A program made the translations under genes and the position numbers. A DNA stretch of 64,000 nucleotides from Squalus acanthias (Eukaryota): positions 38,442,001 to 38,506,000 of the forward strand of contig CM059432.1 in the NCBI GenBank assembly GCA_030390025.1, in the 5' to 3' direction. Below are positions 49,815-60,836 of this stretch, piece after piece. Numbering within the stretch: the first letter of the stretch is position 1; every line of letters begins with the position of its first letter. The notes below the pieces were generated by a model. That model saw nothing but the letters and a program-made list of their open reading frames with translations, did not search any database and was not told the origin of the DNA.

Positions 49815-49946
49815 CATCCTAAAGAGCATAACCAACAACTAAAATAGATGATCTGGTCATTTATTTCATTGCTGTTTGTGGGAGCATGCTGTGTGTAAAT
49901 TGACTGCCGCGTTTTCCTATATTACAACAGTGACGACACTTCAAAA
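49815..49946 (+). mobile_element. Deu-SINE 3' fragment
   Basis: Reverse-complement match to ~10685-10810. Confidence 0.6.
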
Positions 49947-49952
49947 ATCGAA

Positions 49953-50960
49953 GGGCTGAATTTCCTCTGGAAAATCAACATAACCTCGGTCGCTGAGAGA
50001 AGAGTTCAGTTCCATGAGACAGTTGCTGAGGAGATATCACTTTTGTCCCCAGCAGCCAGCCTGTCCCCCTCAATGGCCAGGATGGAACACAGGTGGTATT
50101 GAGGACAGACGCAGTATGAAAGCGTCATGACTACTAACAGGAAACCTGGCACAGACCTGCATAACTCGTTGCTTGTGGTCACAAACAAGTTGAACATTGA
50201 ACAAATAGAAGTCCTTCTTGTTGGGAAACAGTGCTGGTTTGTGATGGGAAGCACACATACGTGCATGCAGTCTATGATCCCCAGCACCTGCGGGAATCCA
50301 GTGAGCAGGCAAATCCCAGTGCTCTTACTTCCTGCTTGTCAGCCTCCATGGGTGAAGCTAATGAATTGTTGTCACCTCACAAACAGTGCATCAGTGACTT
50401 GCTGGATTGTCGTGTACACAGCAAACTAACTAATGTTGCTGATGTCACCAGAAGCAGTTTGGATGGAGCCAAAGGCATAAAAATTTAGAGCCATGGCAAT
50501 CTTCACTGCCACAGGCTGTGTTGGGCTCTAATTCTTACTCCAAAGGATGGAACAGGTAAGTGACTGTCTCACTCTTAAAACGCAGCTACCTTAAACACTA
50601 CTGCTCTGTGAGGTTCAGGTATGATGTTCTGTTTCTGAAGATGTACATCCTGAACTCTTGCCTCCTTCACCCTCGTCTTGCAGCCTGTGCAGGTCATTGC
50701 TGCCTTCCTTGCTGCTGCTATCCCTCCTGATTTGGTAAGCACAGCAGCATCCCCATGTTCTCCAATTCTGAAGGTTTCAGGTGCACACGGACATCAATTT
50801 TACAAAAGGATCCTGATTCAGGTGCAGGACCATTATTAATATATGTTAATGATGACTGCATCTGTTCCAGACGGCTACTAAGGATGCCTAATGAGCGGTT
50901 GAACCAATATGACTGAGGCCTCCAACTAAAAACATTAATGAAGGTACTTAAATATTAAAA
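49953..50960 (-). pseudogene. Harbinger element D: decayed transposase (~50756-50045)
   Basis: SYLNLTEQ*CLR*LRF, GFPQVLGIIDCMHV, FNVQLVCDHKQRVMQVCARFPVSSHDAFIL, GWLLG(D); terminus GGGCTGAATTTCC at 49953. Confidence 0.8.
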
Positions 50961-51425
50961 GATGTTGGGTGAAAAATTCGGCTCCATAGATACCGATTTT
51001 TCGGTGCTACAGGTGGCGTTTTGTGGCGGAAATGGCGTCCGCGCCATGCGCAGATACTTCTGGTACCATCTTGGTGAAGGCGTCAGCATCGACACTGGGA
51101 GTGTGCACCAGAAGTATATATAGTAGGCAGACAGCGCTGCCATTTTTGTCCTCAACGCTGGAGCTAACGCCCTGTGTTAACCTTGTACAGCTGAACATGC
51201 GTTTAGCAGCAGCAAGGATCCCCCACCAACGCTATTTAAAGGGATCAGCAACTACTCTAAGGTTAATTGCTGATTAATTTCTACTGGTTCTGTATAAGTT
51301 TGTGGAAGTGTTTGGAACTTTCTACAGTTGTTTAAAGTTGGTGAGGTGACTGGGAGTGGTGCTGCAAGTGGAGAAGGCCTTGCTTCTGACTGCAAGGGTT
51401 CTGGTCAGACCACTTGCTCCCAGTC

Positions 51426-52473
51426 ATGGGTGCTCTAGTTGTCATCGCCCTTGGCCTGCAGCATGACAGGGAGATGGAGTAGAGGCAGCGAAGAAGAGGA
51501 CAAGCTGCTCGCAGAGGGAGGAGGAGGGGGAGAAGGGCTCTCAGCAGGAGGCCTTACACTCCTAGGGTCTTTCGAGAGCAATTCTCTTACCTCAGCCTGA
51601 GCCAGGAGCAGTGTGTGAGGCGCCTGCACTTTACAAAGAAGGTGCACACAGAACACTGCCACCTTTTGCAACCAAACCTGTAGCCTGTATAACATCTCCC
51701 AGTTCACCGTACATTGCTGCATAATAGAGGTGACAGAAGCTCTTCATGCCATGAGAGGGGACTTCATTGTCTTCAGAGAGACGCAAGCGGAGCTTGCACG
51801 TGGCTTTGCCAGGATAGTGGACTTCCCCATGGTGCAGGGCGCCATCGACTACATGTATGTGGCTTTGCAAGCGTTGCATCTAAATGCTGAGATGTACCGC
51901 AACTGCAAAGGTTATCACTCGCGGAATGTGCAGTTGGTGTGCGACCATGCTCAGCAGATCATAATGGTGCATGCACGGTATCCTGGCAGCAGTTATAATG
52001 CTTTTATTCTGTGCCAGGCCGCTGTTCCCTCAATCTTTGAGCCACCAAGACAAACCAGAGGATGATTATTGCGCAACAAGGGCTATCCGCTGACCACCTG
52101 GCTCAAGACTCCGCGCCGCAACCCAACCACATGTGGGCAGCATGTGTACAATGAGAGCGATGCTGCCCCATGGAATCTGATAGAGCAGACCATTGGCGTC
52201 GCTAAACAATGCTTCCGCTGCCTGGACCGCTCTGGAGGAGCCCTGCAGTACTCACCAGAACCCGTCTGAAGATTCGTCATGATCGGCTGTATGCTCCACA
52301 AACTCGCTATCATGAGGGCACAACCCTTGCCACCAAGCATATGGCAACTAGCTCAGGAGGAGGAGAAGGAAGAGGAGGAGAAAGAAGTGGAAGCAGAATG
52401 GAAGAGGCAACCCAGACAGCCCCTTTCTGTCCGGGCTGTCCGTGATCGACTCATCTGACTGCAATACCAGTGA
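51426..52473 (+). pseudogene. Harbinger DDE transposase (inactivated)
   Basis: FPMVQGAIDYMYV, YRNCKGYHSRNVQLVCD, YPGSSYNAFI, NKGYPLTTWLKTP, IEQTIGVAKQCFRCL, GCMLHKLA; in-frame stops and two catalytic Asp replaced by Asn. Confidence 0.9.
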
Positions 52474-52645
52474 ACGCAACCCCAATTCCCCATTCAACGG
52501 TAGTCCCACACCTTACTTTCCCTCTATTACTGACCATCACAACATGCTCTTGGTCACAATGCTGAAATAAAAGCCACCACAAAAGAAATATTCCAATCCA
52601 ACTTTATTCATCAATCAATCCAATATTACTTAACAAAGTCAACTA

Positions 52646-55600
52646 ATTATCCTTGTGCATTCCCTTAGTGCCTGACTTCAGAGTGCCTTTGCCTCTCCTA
52701 GTGCTCCTACGAAGTGCTACCCCAGTGGCTGCAGCATGACTGGTGGAAGGCTAATGACTTTCAGTGGCGGAGAATGCAGATGGCCTTGCAGGATGACCTC
52801 AAGCAACTCTGGGCCTAGAAGGTCCAGCTGCAAACTGCACCACTTCGGCAAGGGTGGCAGCAGTCTGGGCTGGCTGACTGACGGGAAACAGCAAGGGCAC
52901 TTGCAGAGTTGCAGTGCTGGGAGAATGAATGCTTTCATCCTGAGAGAGGACAGCAGGTTCGTCCTCCACGGAGCCACTACCACACCCCCGGGGCGGCACC
53001 TCAGCATTCCTAGCCATCTGTTGGAGGACAGATTGTTGGACTGCTGTGACACCCTGCAAACCCCTTTCCACGCTGATAAACGCAGCCATGATGGCAGCAG
53101 TCTGAGCTTGCGTGGCGGCAAGCTGAGTCTACACGACAGAAGTCTGAGCTTCCACTGCAGCACTCAGACGTTGGGTGGCTTCTGCTTGTGTTGCAATGGA
53201 AGCTGAAACATCAGCCATCAGACTCTACATCATGGTTGAGTCCACAAGTGCGGTGGATCTGCCCACCCCTTCCGTGCTGGAAATCCTGGGCTCCAAACTC
53301 TGCGCAGTCATCTTGATGGTAATACTCATCTCTCAATCATCAGCAAAGTGATGGAAGGTGTCATCGACAGTGCTATCAAGCGGCACTTACTCACCAATAA
53401 CCTGCTCACTGAGGCCCAGTTTGGGTTCCACCTCATTACAGCCCGACCTCATTACAGCCTTGGTCCAAACATGGACAAAGGCGCTGAATTCCAGAGGTGA
53501 GGTGAGAGTGACTGCCCTTGACATCAAGACAGCATTTGACCGAGTGTGGCATCAAGGAGCCCCAGTAAAACTGAAGTCAATTGGAATCGGGGGGAAAACG
53601 CTCCACTGGCTGGAGTCATACCTAGCACAATGGAAGATGGTTGTGGTGCTTGAAGGTCAATCATCACAGCCCCAGGACATCGCTGCAGGAGTTCCTCAGG
53701 GCAGTGTCCTAGGCCCAATCATCTTCAGCTACTTCATCAATGACCTTCCCTCCAACATAAGGTCAGAAATGGGGATGTTCGCTGATGACTGCACAGTGAT
53801 CAGCGCCATTCACAACTCCACAGATAATGAAGCAGTCCATGCCTGTACACAACAAGACCTGGACGACATTCAGGCTTGGGCTGATAAGTGGCAAGTAACA
53901 TTGGCGCCACAGAAGTGCCAGGCAATGACTATCTCCAACAAGCGAGAGTCTAACGACCTCCCCTTGACATTCAACGGCATTACCGTTGCCGAATCCCCCA
54001 CCATCAACATCCTGGGGGTCACCATTGACCAGAAACTTAACTGGACCAGCCACATAAATACTGTGGCAACAAGAGCAGGTCAGAGGCTAGGTATTCTGCA
54101 GCGCGTGTCTCACCTCCTGACTCCCCAAAGCCTTTCCACCATCTACAAGGCACAAGTAAGGAGTGTGATGGAATACTCTCCACTTGCCTGGATGAGTGCA
54201 GCTCCAACAACACTCAAGAAGCTCAACACCATCCAGGACAAAGCAGCCCACTTGATTGGCACCTCATCCACCACCTTAAACATTCACTCCCTCCACCACC
54301 GGCGTACCGTGGCTGCAGTGTGTACCATCTATAAGATGCACTGCAGCAACTCACCAAGGCTTCTTCGGCAGCACCTCCCAAACCCGCGACCTCTTCCACC
54401 TCGAAGGACAAGGGCAGCAGGCGCATGGGAACACCACCACCTCCAAGTTCCCCGCCAAGTCACACACCATCCTGACTTAGAAGTATATCGCCAATCCTTC
54501 ATCGTCGCTGGGTCAAAATCCTGGAACTCCCTACCGAACAGCACTGTGGGAGTACCTTCACCACACGGACGGTTCAAGAAGACGGCTCACCACCAACTTC
54601 TCAAGGGCAATTAGGGATGGCCAATAAATACTGGCCTTGCCAACGACGCCCACATCTCATAAAAACAAATATATATATTTTTTTAAAAGCCCTGTGCAAG
54701 GCCGGACTCCTCCATGCTCTTGAAATTGCACTCAGGCTTTCTGGCAGGCCTGCCAATGCACCAAGCATTTTGTTGTGCATACCCATCAGCGTTCTTCTGT
54801 AGGCCGCTCCATTGAAGTCCTCATCTGAATCCTGTGTAGCAGAACTCGTGTGCAACCTCGCCCTCCGGGGAGCTGGCACCTGCACTGCCCTTTCCCCTTG
54901 CCAGGGCTGCAGCCCGCTCATGCCCGGTGACGCACCATGTGCAAATCCCGCCTCTAAACTATCCTCTAAACTCCGCATAGTGCCAGTATCTGAGCTGGTG
55001 GATGCAAGTGTCAGATCAAGTGATAGTGTTTCTTTTTCATCATCATTCTCCTCTCCCTCTTCTTCTTGCACCACTGGCTGAGCAGGTTGTATTTCTTGGG
55101 TCTCTGAAATGAGAAAGGCACAAGGGTGGGGTTGTGGTGAGGGGAGGGGGGGGAAAGCAAGAGGTGCATGCTTACACCATGTGGAGCTTGTAAATTAGAA
55201 GAGATTGTGGGATGAGGGGAAGCGGGATGTGAGAAGGAGGATTACGCATGAGGATACCGGCATCTTGTATTCTTTCAGCCCCGCTGCTGGCCACGGGCTG
55301 AGTGATGGCCCTCCCAATAATGGCCAGCACCGTCTCCTCTATCGGGGTCAGGTTATGCAGGCGTGCCTGTCCCCTGCCAGTTAGGTGCTGCTGGTGTCGA
55401 TTGTAAGCCACCTTTTCCTGCAAGAGAAAGGGAAGTGTGTCAATGAGTGTGGTGCAGTGTTTGGGTGATATGCCTCTCATGGTAGAATAGCTGGCAGTGT
55501 GTGCAAGCTGTGAGATGATGTGTGTGAGGCTTGCAGCAGTGGTAAGTGTGTGGTGAGGTGAGCTATGAATATGAGGTGTGAGTCATGGTTGGTAGAGATT

Positions 55601-55931
55601 GTTGGTCGGTGAGTGATGGGGGTGTGGTGTATTGAGCAGTGGCTGAGGCTAGTGGTGCAGATGGTGGGATATGGCATTTGAAGATGAATTCACCGACCTT
55701 GACCATTAAACTTCTTCCTGCACTGCATCCACGTCCTTGGGGCTAAACTGCTGGCATTCACTACAGCGGCTATCTGCACCCATTGCACTTTACACTGTTG
55801 CCTGGAGGGCCTCCTGGCCCCCTGTGGAAACAGCATCTCTCTCCTCCGATCCACCTCCTGCACCAAAGCCTCCAGATCAGTGCTGCATCCGAGAACCTTG
55901 GTGCATGCTTTCTCCCCTGTTGTGCCATCAT
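52646..55931 (-). pseudogene. Three-exon Myb/SANT-like gene of element E (exon 1 55931-~55695, exon 2 55417-55258, exon 3 from 55103)
   Basis: APRFSDAAL/EALVQEV...QWVQIAAVVN...RTWMQCRKKFN; canonical AG/GT sites with compatible phases; acidic then helical exon 3. Confidence 0.85.
53326..54688 (+). mobile_element. CR1-like LINE family B nested in Myb exon 3
   Basis: 418-aa ORF with ALDIKTAFDRVWH, GVPQGSVLGP, MFADDC; 3'UTR. Confidence 0.95.
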
Positions 55932-56309
55932 TAGTTGTTGGTCATTGTTCTCCCCAGCCAGTTCAATGAGCTACTGCAGGCAGAATGCACCTCCCCTTTA
56001 AGAGGTGCAGTCTGCCTTTAAGCAGTGCAGGCTAGTTTTAAGTGGTGCTAACCTCGTCTGAACTTGGGCCCCCTGCTGAGCGTTCAGCCACTCAGCAGCG
56101 CGTTTAGCGCTGGGCTGAACGGCGCAATCATGGAAATGAGCAGGCAGCACGAAGTTCACGTGCTGCCTGCATTCCTCTGAACGGATACAGGTTGATCCCG
56201 CTTCATGTTCCCGGCTTCCATTTTTGGGGGCTAACGAATTTCTAGGCCATTAAGTTTATCATGTTATAATGAAATATGTCATTTTTAATGTCTTTTTAGT
56301 TTAGAAACC

Positions 56310-56395
56310 TTATTTGAAACATTAAATTGCCTATTCTCTCCACAGATGCTGCATGATCTGCTCAGAGTTTCCAGTATGTTCTACTTTTGTTTCAA
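56310..56395 (+). repeat. Decayed Penelope-type terminal repeat
   Basis: TGAAACATTAA...TCTCTCCACAGATGCTGC...TTTCCAG similar to 17426-17495. Confidence 0.5.
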
Positions 56396-56938
56396 TTTGT
56401 TATTTGTAGGTGCTCTGGACTGGTTATTCAGGATTGGTTATTTTCATATGTTCTTAGTAGTATCTCATTAGCAGTTTTCTAGCCAATTTCCTCACTTTTG
56501 ATTCATATGTTCCTTACCTCTTTAGTTCTGGCTTGCTGCTGTTTTACTGTTGAGCCAACCAATAAAATGCGATGAAGAAAGTGTGATAGTGAAAGTGTGA
56601 TGTTACAGGAAGTAAGTGTTACACTACATGAAGTGTATGCATGTGTAAAGCTTCTGATATATAATAGATATTGTACTATTTGCAGAAAAATATGACAATC
56701 ATAAGGAGAAGGCATAAGTGAGAGCCCTGTGGCTGCTGCCATGCTAACACATTTTGTCTTGATGCACAGTACAGCAATGTCATAAAGATATATGGCAAAT
56801 GTGATACTGGGCTTGTCTGTCTGATCAGCAAGTGCAGATGATCTTCTTAGATATAAATATCTTTCCCATATCAAAACATGGATCAAGGTATTTCCAATAT
56901 GGACAATAAAAACTGGTTTTAATTGTACCAAACACATG

Positions 56939-57704
56939 GGCCCAAAAATTCGGCCGTTCCCGGGTGAGTACTCAGTGCGTACTCACCCGTACTCATTCCC
57001 TGAAGTGCCGGTTTCCTGCATGCACTGCGCATGCGCGGGAAACCGGAACTTCCGGTATGGTGAAGGGGGCGGTTCCTAGGTGAACCGCGTGCGCGCTAGA
57101 GGCTGCGCGCACGCAGCACACTTAGATTTTTTTTTCAGGTTTCAACGCGAGGGTAAGTGTTGAAGATTCTACATTAGTAAAAAGGAGGCGTAAGACCCCT
57201 TTTGAACAAGGTAAGTAGTTAATTAAGTATAATTTTAAATTTTTTTCAACAGGTTTATCTTTTTTAGGTACTTTAAAGAAAGGTAAGTTTATTTTTATAA
57301 CTTTTAAAAAGTATTTAAATTTTTTCAAAAATTAAAATTTTTGTTTAAAGTGGTTAATTTATTTAACTAGTTATTTTATAAATGTGATGGTTTTTTTAAA
57401 AATTTATTTGAAGTTTAGCTGTTCTTTTGGGGCCGATTTCAATTCACAGATTTGACAGGTCTCCTGTCAAATCTATGAATGAAAGATGGTCTGCTGCCAT
57501 TGGCTCTCCATGGCCCACGTGATCCCAGGGGTCGCATCGCACTAACTGCGCCCCTGGAACACGCAAGCACTGCGCGCCGGCTCTTGGGAGAGGCCCGGGA
57601 CCCGAAATTCCTGTGGGCCCAAAAAACACAACGGCTGGCGCGGTGGGTAAGAGCGCACGCGATCCTTACCCCCGCGGCAAGCCGGCCACGCGAATTTCTA
57701 GGCC
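56939..57704 (+). mobile_element. Family I MITE
   Basis: TIRs GGCCCAAAAATTCG / GGCCTAGAAATTCG, perfect ATG TSD. Confidence 0.85.
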
Positions 57705-58278
57705 ATGATCTTAAGCCTACTACAATTCAAGATCACTCCATCTCTGGACCTTAAGCCTCTGTTAAGCATCACAACCAAATATTTATGAGGTGGGAAGACC
57801 TTTGCAATTAAGGTTCATAACTGCAGCTGTTTGTGCATCCTGTCATTTGATCTTCAACTTTGAATGGAAAACTTACTTTCAGAACAGACTTTCTGTAGAA
57901 ATAATTGACTCAATCCTGGAACAGTCTCTTTCATTGGACATTGTCTAATTATGTTTTACGTAGTGTGAATAGTAAACTCCAACATCATTCAATGGCAATA
58001 ATAATGAGGCATTAAAGTGGATATGTGCTCTAATCACTAAACGAGGACTGGTACAGTAATTTGCAGCCTTAACAGCATGGGCCTAACTGCTGTGGTGTAA
58101 CTTTATGAAGGATCCCCCTTCTTTTCCCTAATGAATGCCAGATCTGAGCTGGAGTTATAACCTCCAAGTATACCTTCACGAGGGAGCTTATGATGTATTA
58201 AATAATTCACAAAATAATGGAAAGTATTAAAATACTATTAATCTGATAAAGCTACAAAATAAAACAAAAGTCTAGCTA

Positions 58279-60310
58279 GGGCTAGAAATTCGGTATCGCC
58301 CTGGTTGGGGCGCTAAATTATAAAAAGTTGGAGAATCAGCGCCAGGCGCTAATCCTTCTGACCTCCCGCTAAATTGATTGTTCGCACTCCGAGAGAGAAC
58401 TGGAGCACTAAATCAAGCACTAATCACCTAACTTAGGGCGCTACCCGCAGAGCTATAACCAGTTTCAGGTGTAGTTCAATCGGGACTCATCATTCACACT
58501 GGCTCCTTCCAGTTCTTAAAGGGGAGGTTGAAGATTCAGCACAACCTCATTCTCAACATTGATGGCTCTGAAGGCGACCTCCAAGCAACTCAACAGCTAC
58601 ACCTCTTATCCTCATGGCTGATCCCTGTCCCAGGGAAGGAGCTCGTCATTTCAGCAACCAGGCATTGGAGGCAATGGTCGCGGCAGTCGAGAGAAGGAGG
58701 GCAGTGCTGTTCCCGGCCACTGACAGGAAGCCATTGCCCCAGGTCTTCAGGGCAATGTGGAGGGAAGTGGCCCAGGACATCTCGGCCAGCAGTGTGGTCC
58801 TCAGGACCCTCACACAGTGCCGTAAAAATTCAACGACTTCACTCGGGTGGTCAGGGTGAGTACATGCTTCAACAAGTCCCACATACCAGCATCTGAACCT
58901 CAGTCTGTACACAAACCACCACACCCCCACCACTCACCCACCAAGCATCTCCACCTACTCAAACTCACATCCACATCTCACACCTTGCCTACAATCACAG
59001 CTATTCAACTATGGCAGGCACATCTCCCAAACGCATAGCTGCATGCTCACTCACACACTTTCCTTTCTCTTGCAGGCCAAGCTGGGCCACAATAGGACGG
59101 AGCAGCAATGAACAGGCAGAGGTGAAGCGTACATCCAACATCTTACAGACCTGGAGGAGCGAGTGCTGAGAGTCCTTGGGCGCCAGGTGGTGGGCGCCGT
59201 GGCCGTCGGCAACGCCGACCACCTTGGGGGGCAACAACGGTATGTTCATCCTCTCTCCTTCTCTCATCCCACTTCCCACTCGCAGCACAAGATTTTCCCA
59301 CTTTCCAGCTCCTGATACTGTCTACATTCCTTGCTCCCTTCCTGCCCTCCTGCTCTCACCTTAAAGCGAGTCTTGTGCCTTTATGCTTTCAGATAATCAG
59401 CAACCAGATGACCAGCCTGTCCCTGAGTCTCCCAGTGAGAGTGAGGTGGGAGAAGAAGAGGAGGAAGAAAGCACTGCGTCACTGCATGTTACACCCGCAG
59501 GCGCCACCTCAGATACTGGGACTACGCAATCTTTAGAGGCAGGTTTAGTAGAGGGGTCTGCACTGGGTGATGCAGCGGGGATGAGTGGGCTGCAGCAAGG
59601 CCAGGGGGAAAGGGTAGCTCGGGAGCCAGCTCCCCGGAGGGCAGATGGGCATGCACACCAAGATGACAGGTGCAATGGCGAGGGTGCCCGAGAGCCTGTC
59701 GGCAATGGTAAGGAGCGTGGAGGAGTCCGCCTCCAACATTGCACAGAGCTCTGTGCACACCATGGAGCCCATCCTTGGCAGCCTGCAAAGGATGGTGGAC
59801 TCCCTGAGAGACCGTGGGGCCCCAGACCTCATGCCGTGTGTCATGGGCGATGTGGCAGCATCTATTACAGCACAGGCGGAAGCCATGCAACATCTTAGTG
59901 CTGTAATGCAGTCAATGGTTGCTGCCATCGAGTGTCAGGCTGCTCTCAGGCAGTCTCAGCTTGATGCCACGAAAGCTCTGACTGCTGCCATCATCACTGG
60001 GTCCACCACAGACCACCGGGGATCTCACAGTGTCGCAGCAGCCCAGCTGACACATTTTTAGCAGGCAGAACACTCCTGAAAGTAACAAACGTTTATCTCA
60101 CTGAAAACGGCTGTTATCCTATGTCAAACTGAGAAGGCAGCATTGATTGGTGACTAAAATCAAACCGGATGTTGATCCCTTTAAATACCGCTCCTACAGC
60201 GGCCATCCGACTGCATCCCGCTTCCTCTTCCTGCCGTTGTTCAGGCCAGGCGCTAAGGCAGGGTGCGGCAGTCATTTTAAGACTAGCAAACCACTTGTGA
60301 TCTACAAACA
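58279..60310. mobile_element. Harbinger element F: Myb gene retained, transposase ORF deleted
   Basis: Terminus GGGCTAGAAATTCGG; after the Myb gene comes a reverse TATTTAAAGGGATCA block like the one upstream of the E transposase; end cut by CR1. Confidence 0.8.
58614..60047 (+). pseudogene. Three-exon Myb/SANT-like gene (58614-58855, 59076-59239, 59393-~60047)
   Basis: RHFSNQALEAMVAAV...MWREVAQDI...RTLTQCRK/FND|GTGAGT; TGCAG|AKLGHNR; TTCAG|DNQQP...EEEEEE; homologous to element E exons. Confidence 0.85.
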
Positions 60311-60314
60311 CTTA

Positions 60315-60836
60315 TAGAATCATAGAAATTTACAGCACAGAAGGAGGCCATTTGACCCATCGTGTCTGTGCCGGCCAAAAAAGAGCTATCCAGCCTAATC
60401 CCACTTTCCAGCCCTTGGTCCATAGCCCTGTAAGTTATGGCACTTCAAGTGCATATCCAAGCACGTTTTAAATGTGATGAGGGTTTCTGCCTCTACCACC
60501 CTTTCAGGCAGTGAGTTCCAGACCCCACCACCCTCTGGGTGAAAGAAGTTCTCCTCAACTCCCCTCTAATCCTTCTACCAATTACTTTAAATCTATGCCC
60601 CCTGGTTATTGATCCCTCTGCTAATTGAAATAGGTCCTTCCGATCCATTCAATCTAGGCCCCTCATAATTTTATATACCTCAATTAATCTCCCCTCAGCC
60701 TCCTCTGTTCCAAAGAAAACAATACCAGCCTATCCGACCTTTCCTCATAGCTAAAATTCTCCAGTCCTGGCAACATCCTCGTAAATCTCTTCTGTACCCT
60801 CTCTAGTGCAATGACATCTTTCCTGTAATATGGTGA
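60315..60836 (-). mobile_element. CR1 3' end (continues at 62661-62692)
   Basis: YRKDVIALERVQKRFTRMLPG; ATAGAATCATAGAA tail. Confidence 0.9.

Larger units (their letters stand above)
50967..56248. mobile_element. Harbinger element E, near full length (~3.9 kb without nested LINE)
   Basis: TIRs GGGTGAAAAATTCG / GGCCTAGAAATTCG, flanks GTT/ATT, two convergent genes with opposed polyA signals (AATAAA 52566, TTTATT 52603). Confidence 0.9.

Noticed and set aside
51426..52473. Host HARBI1 gene
   Set aside because: Has stops, mutated catalytic residues and sits between TIRs; it is a transposon pseudogene
56503..56937. 144-aa minus-strand ORF
   Set aside because: No recognisable domain and composition typical of AT-rich non-coding DNA; only its last 29 nt were kept as a micro-exon candidate
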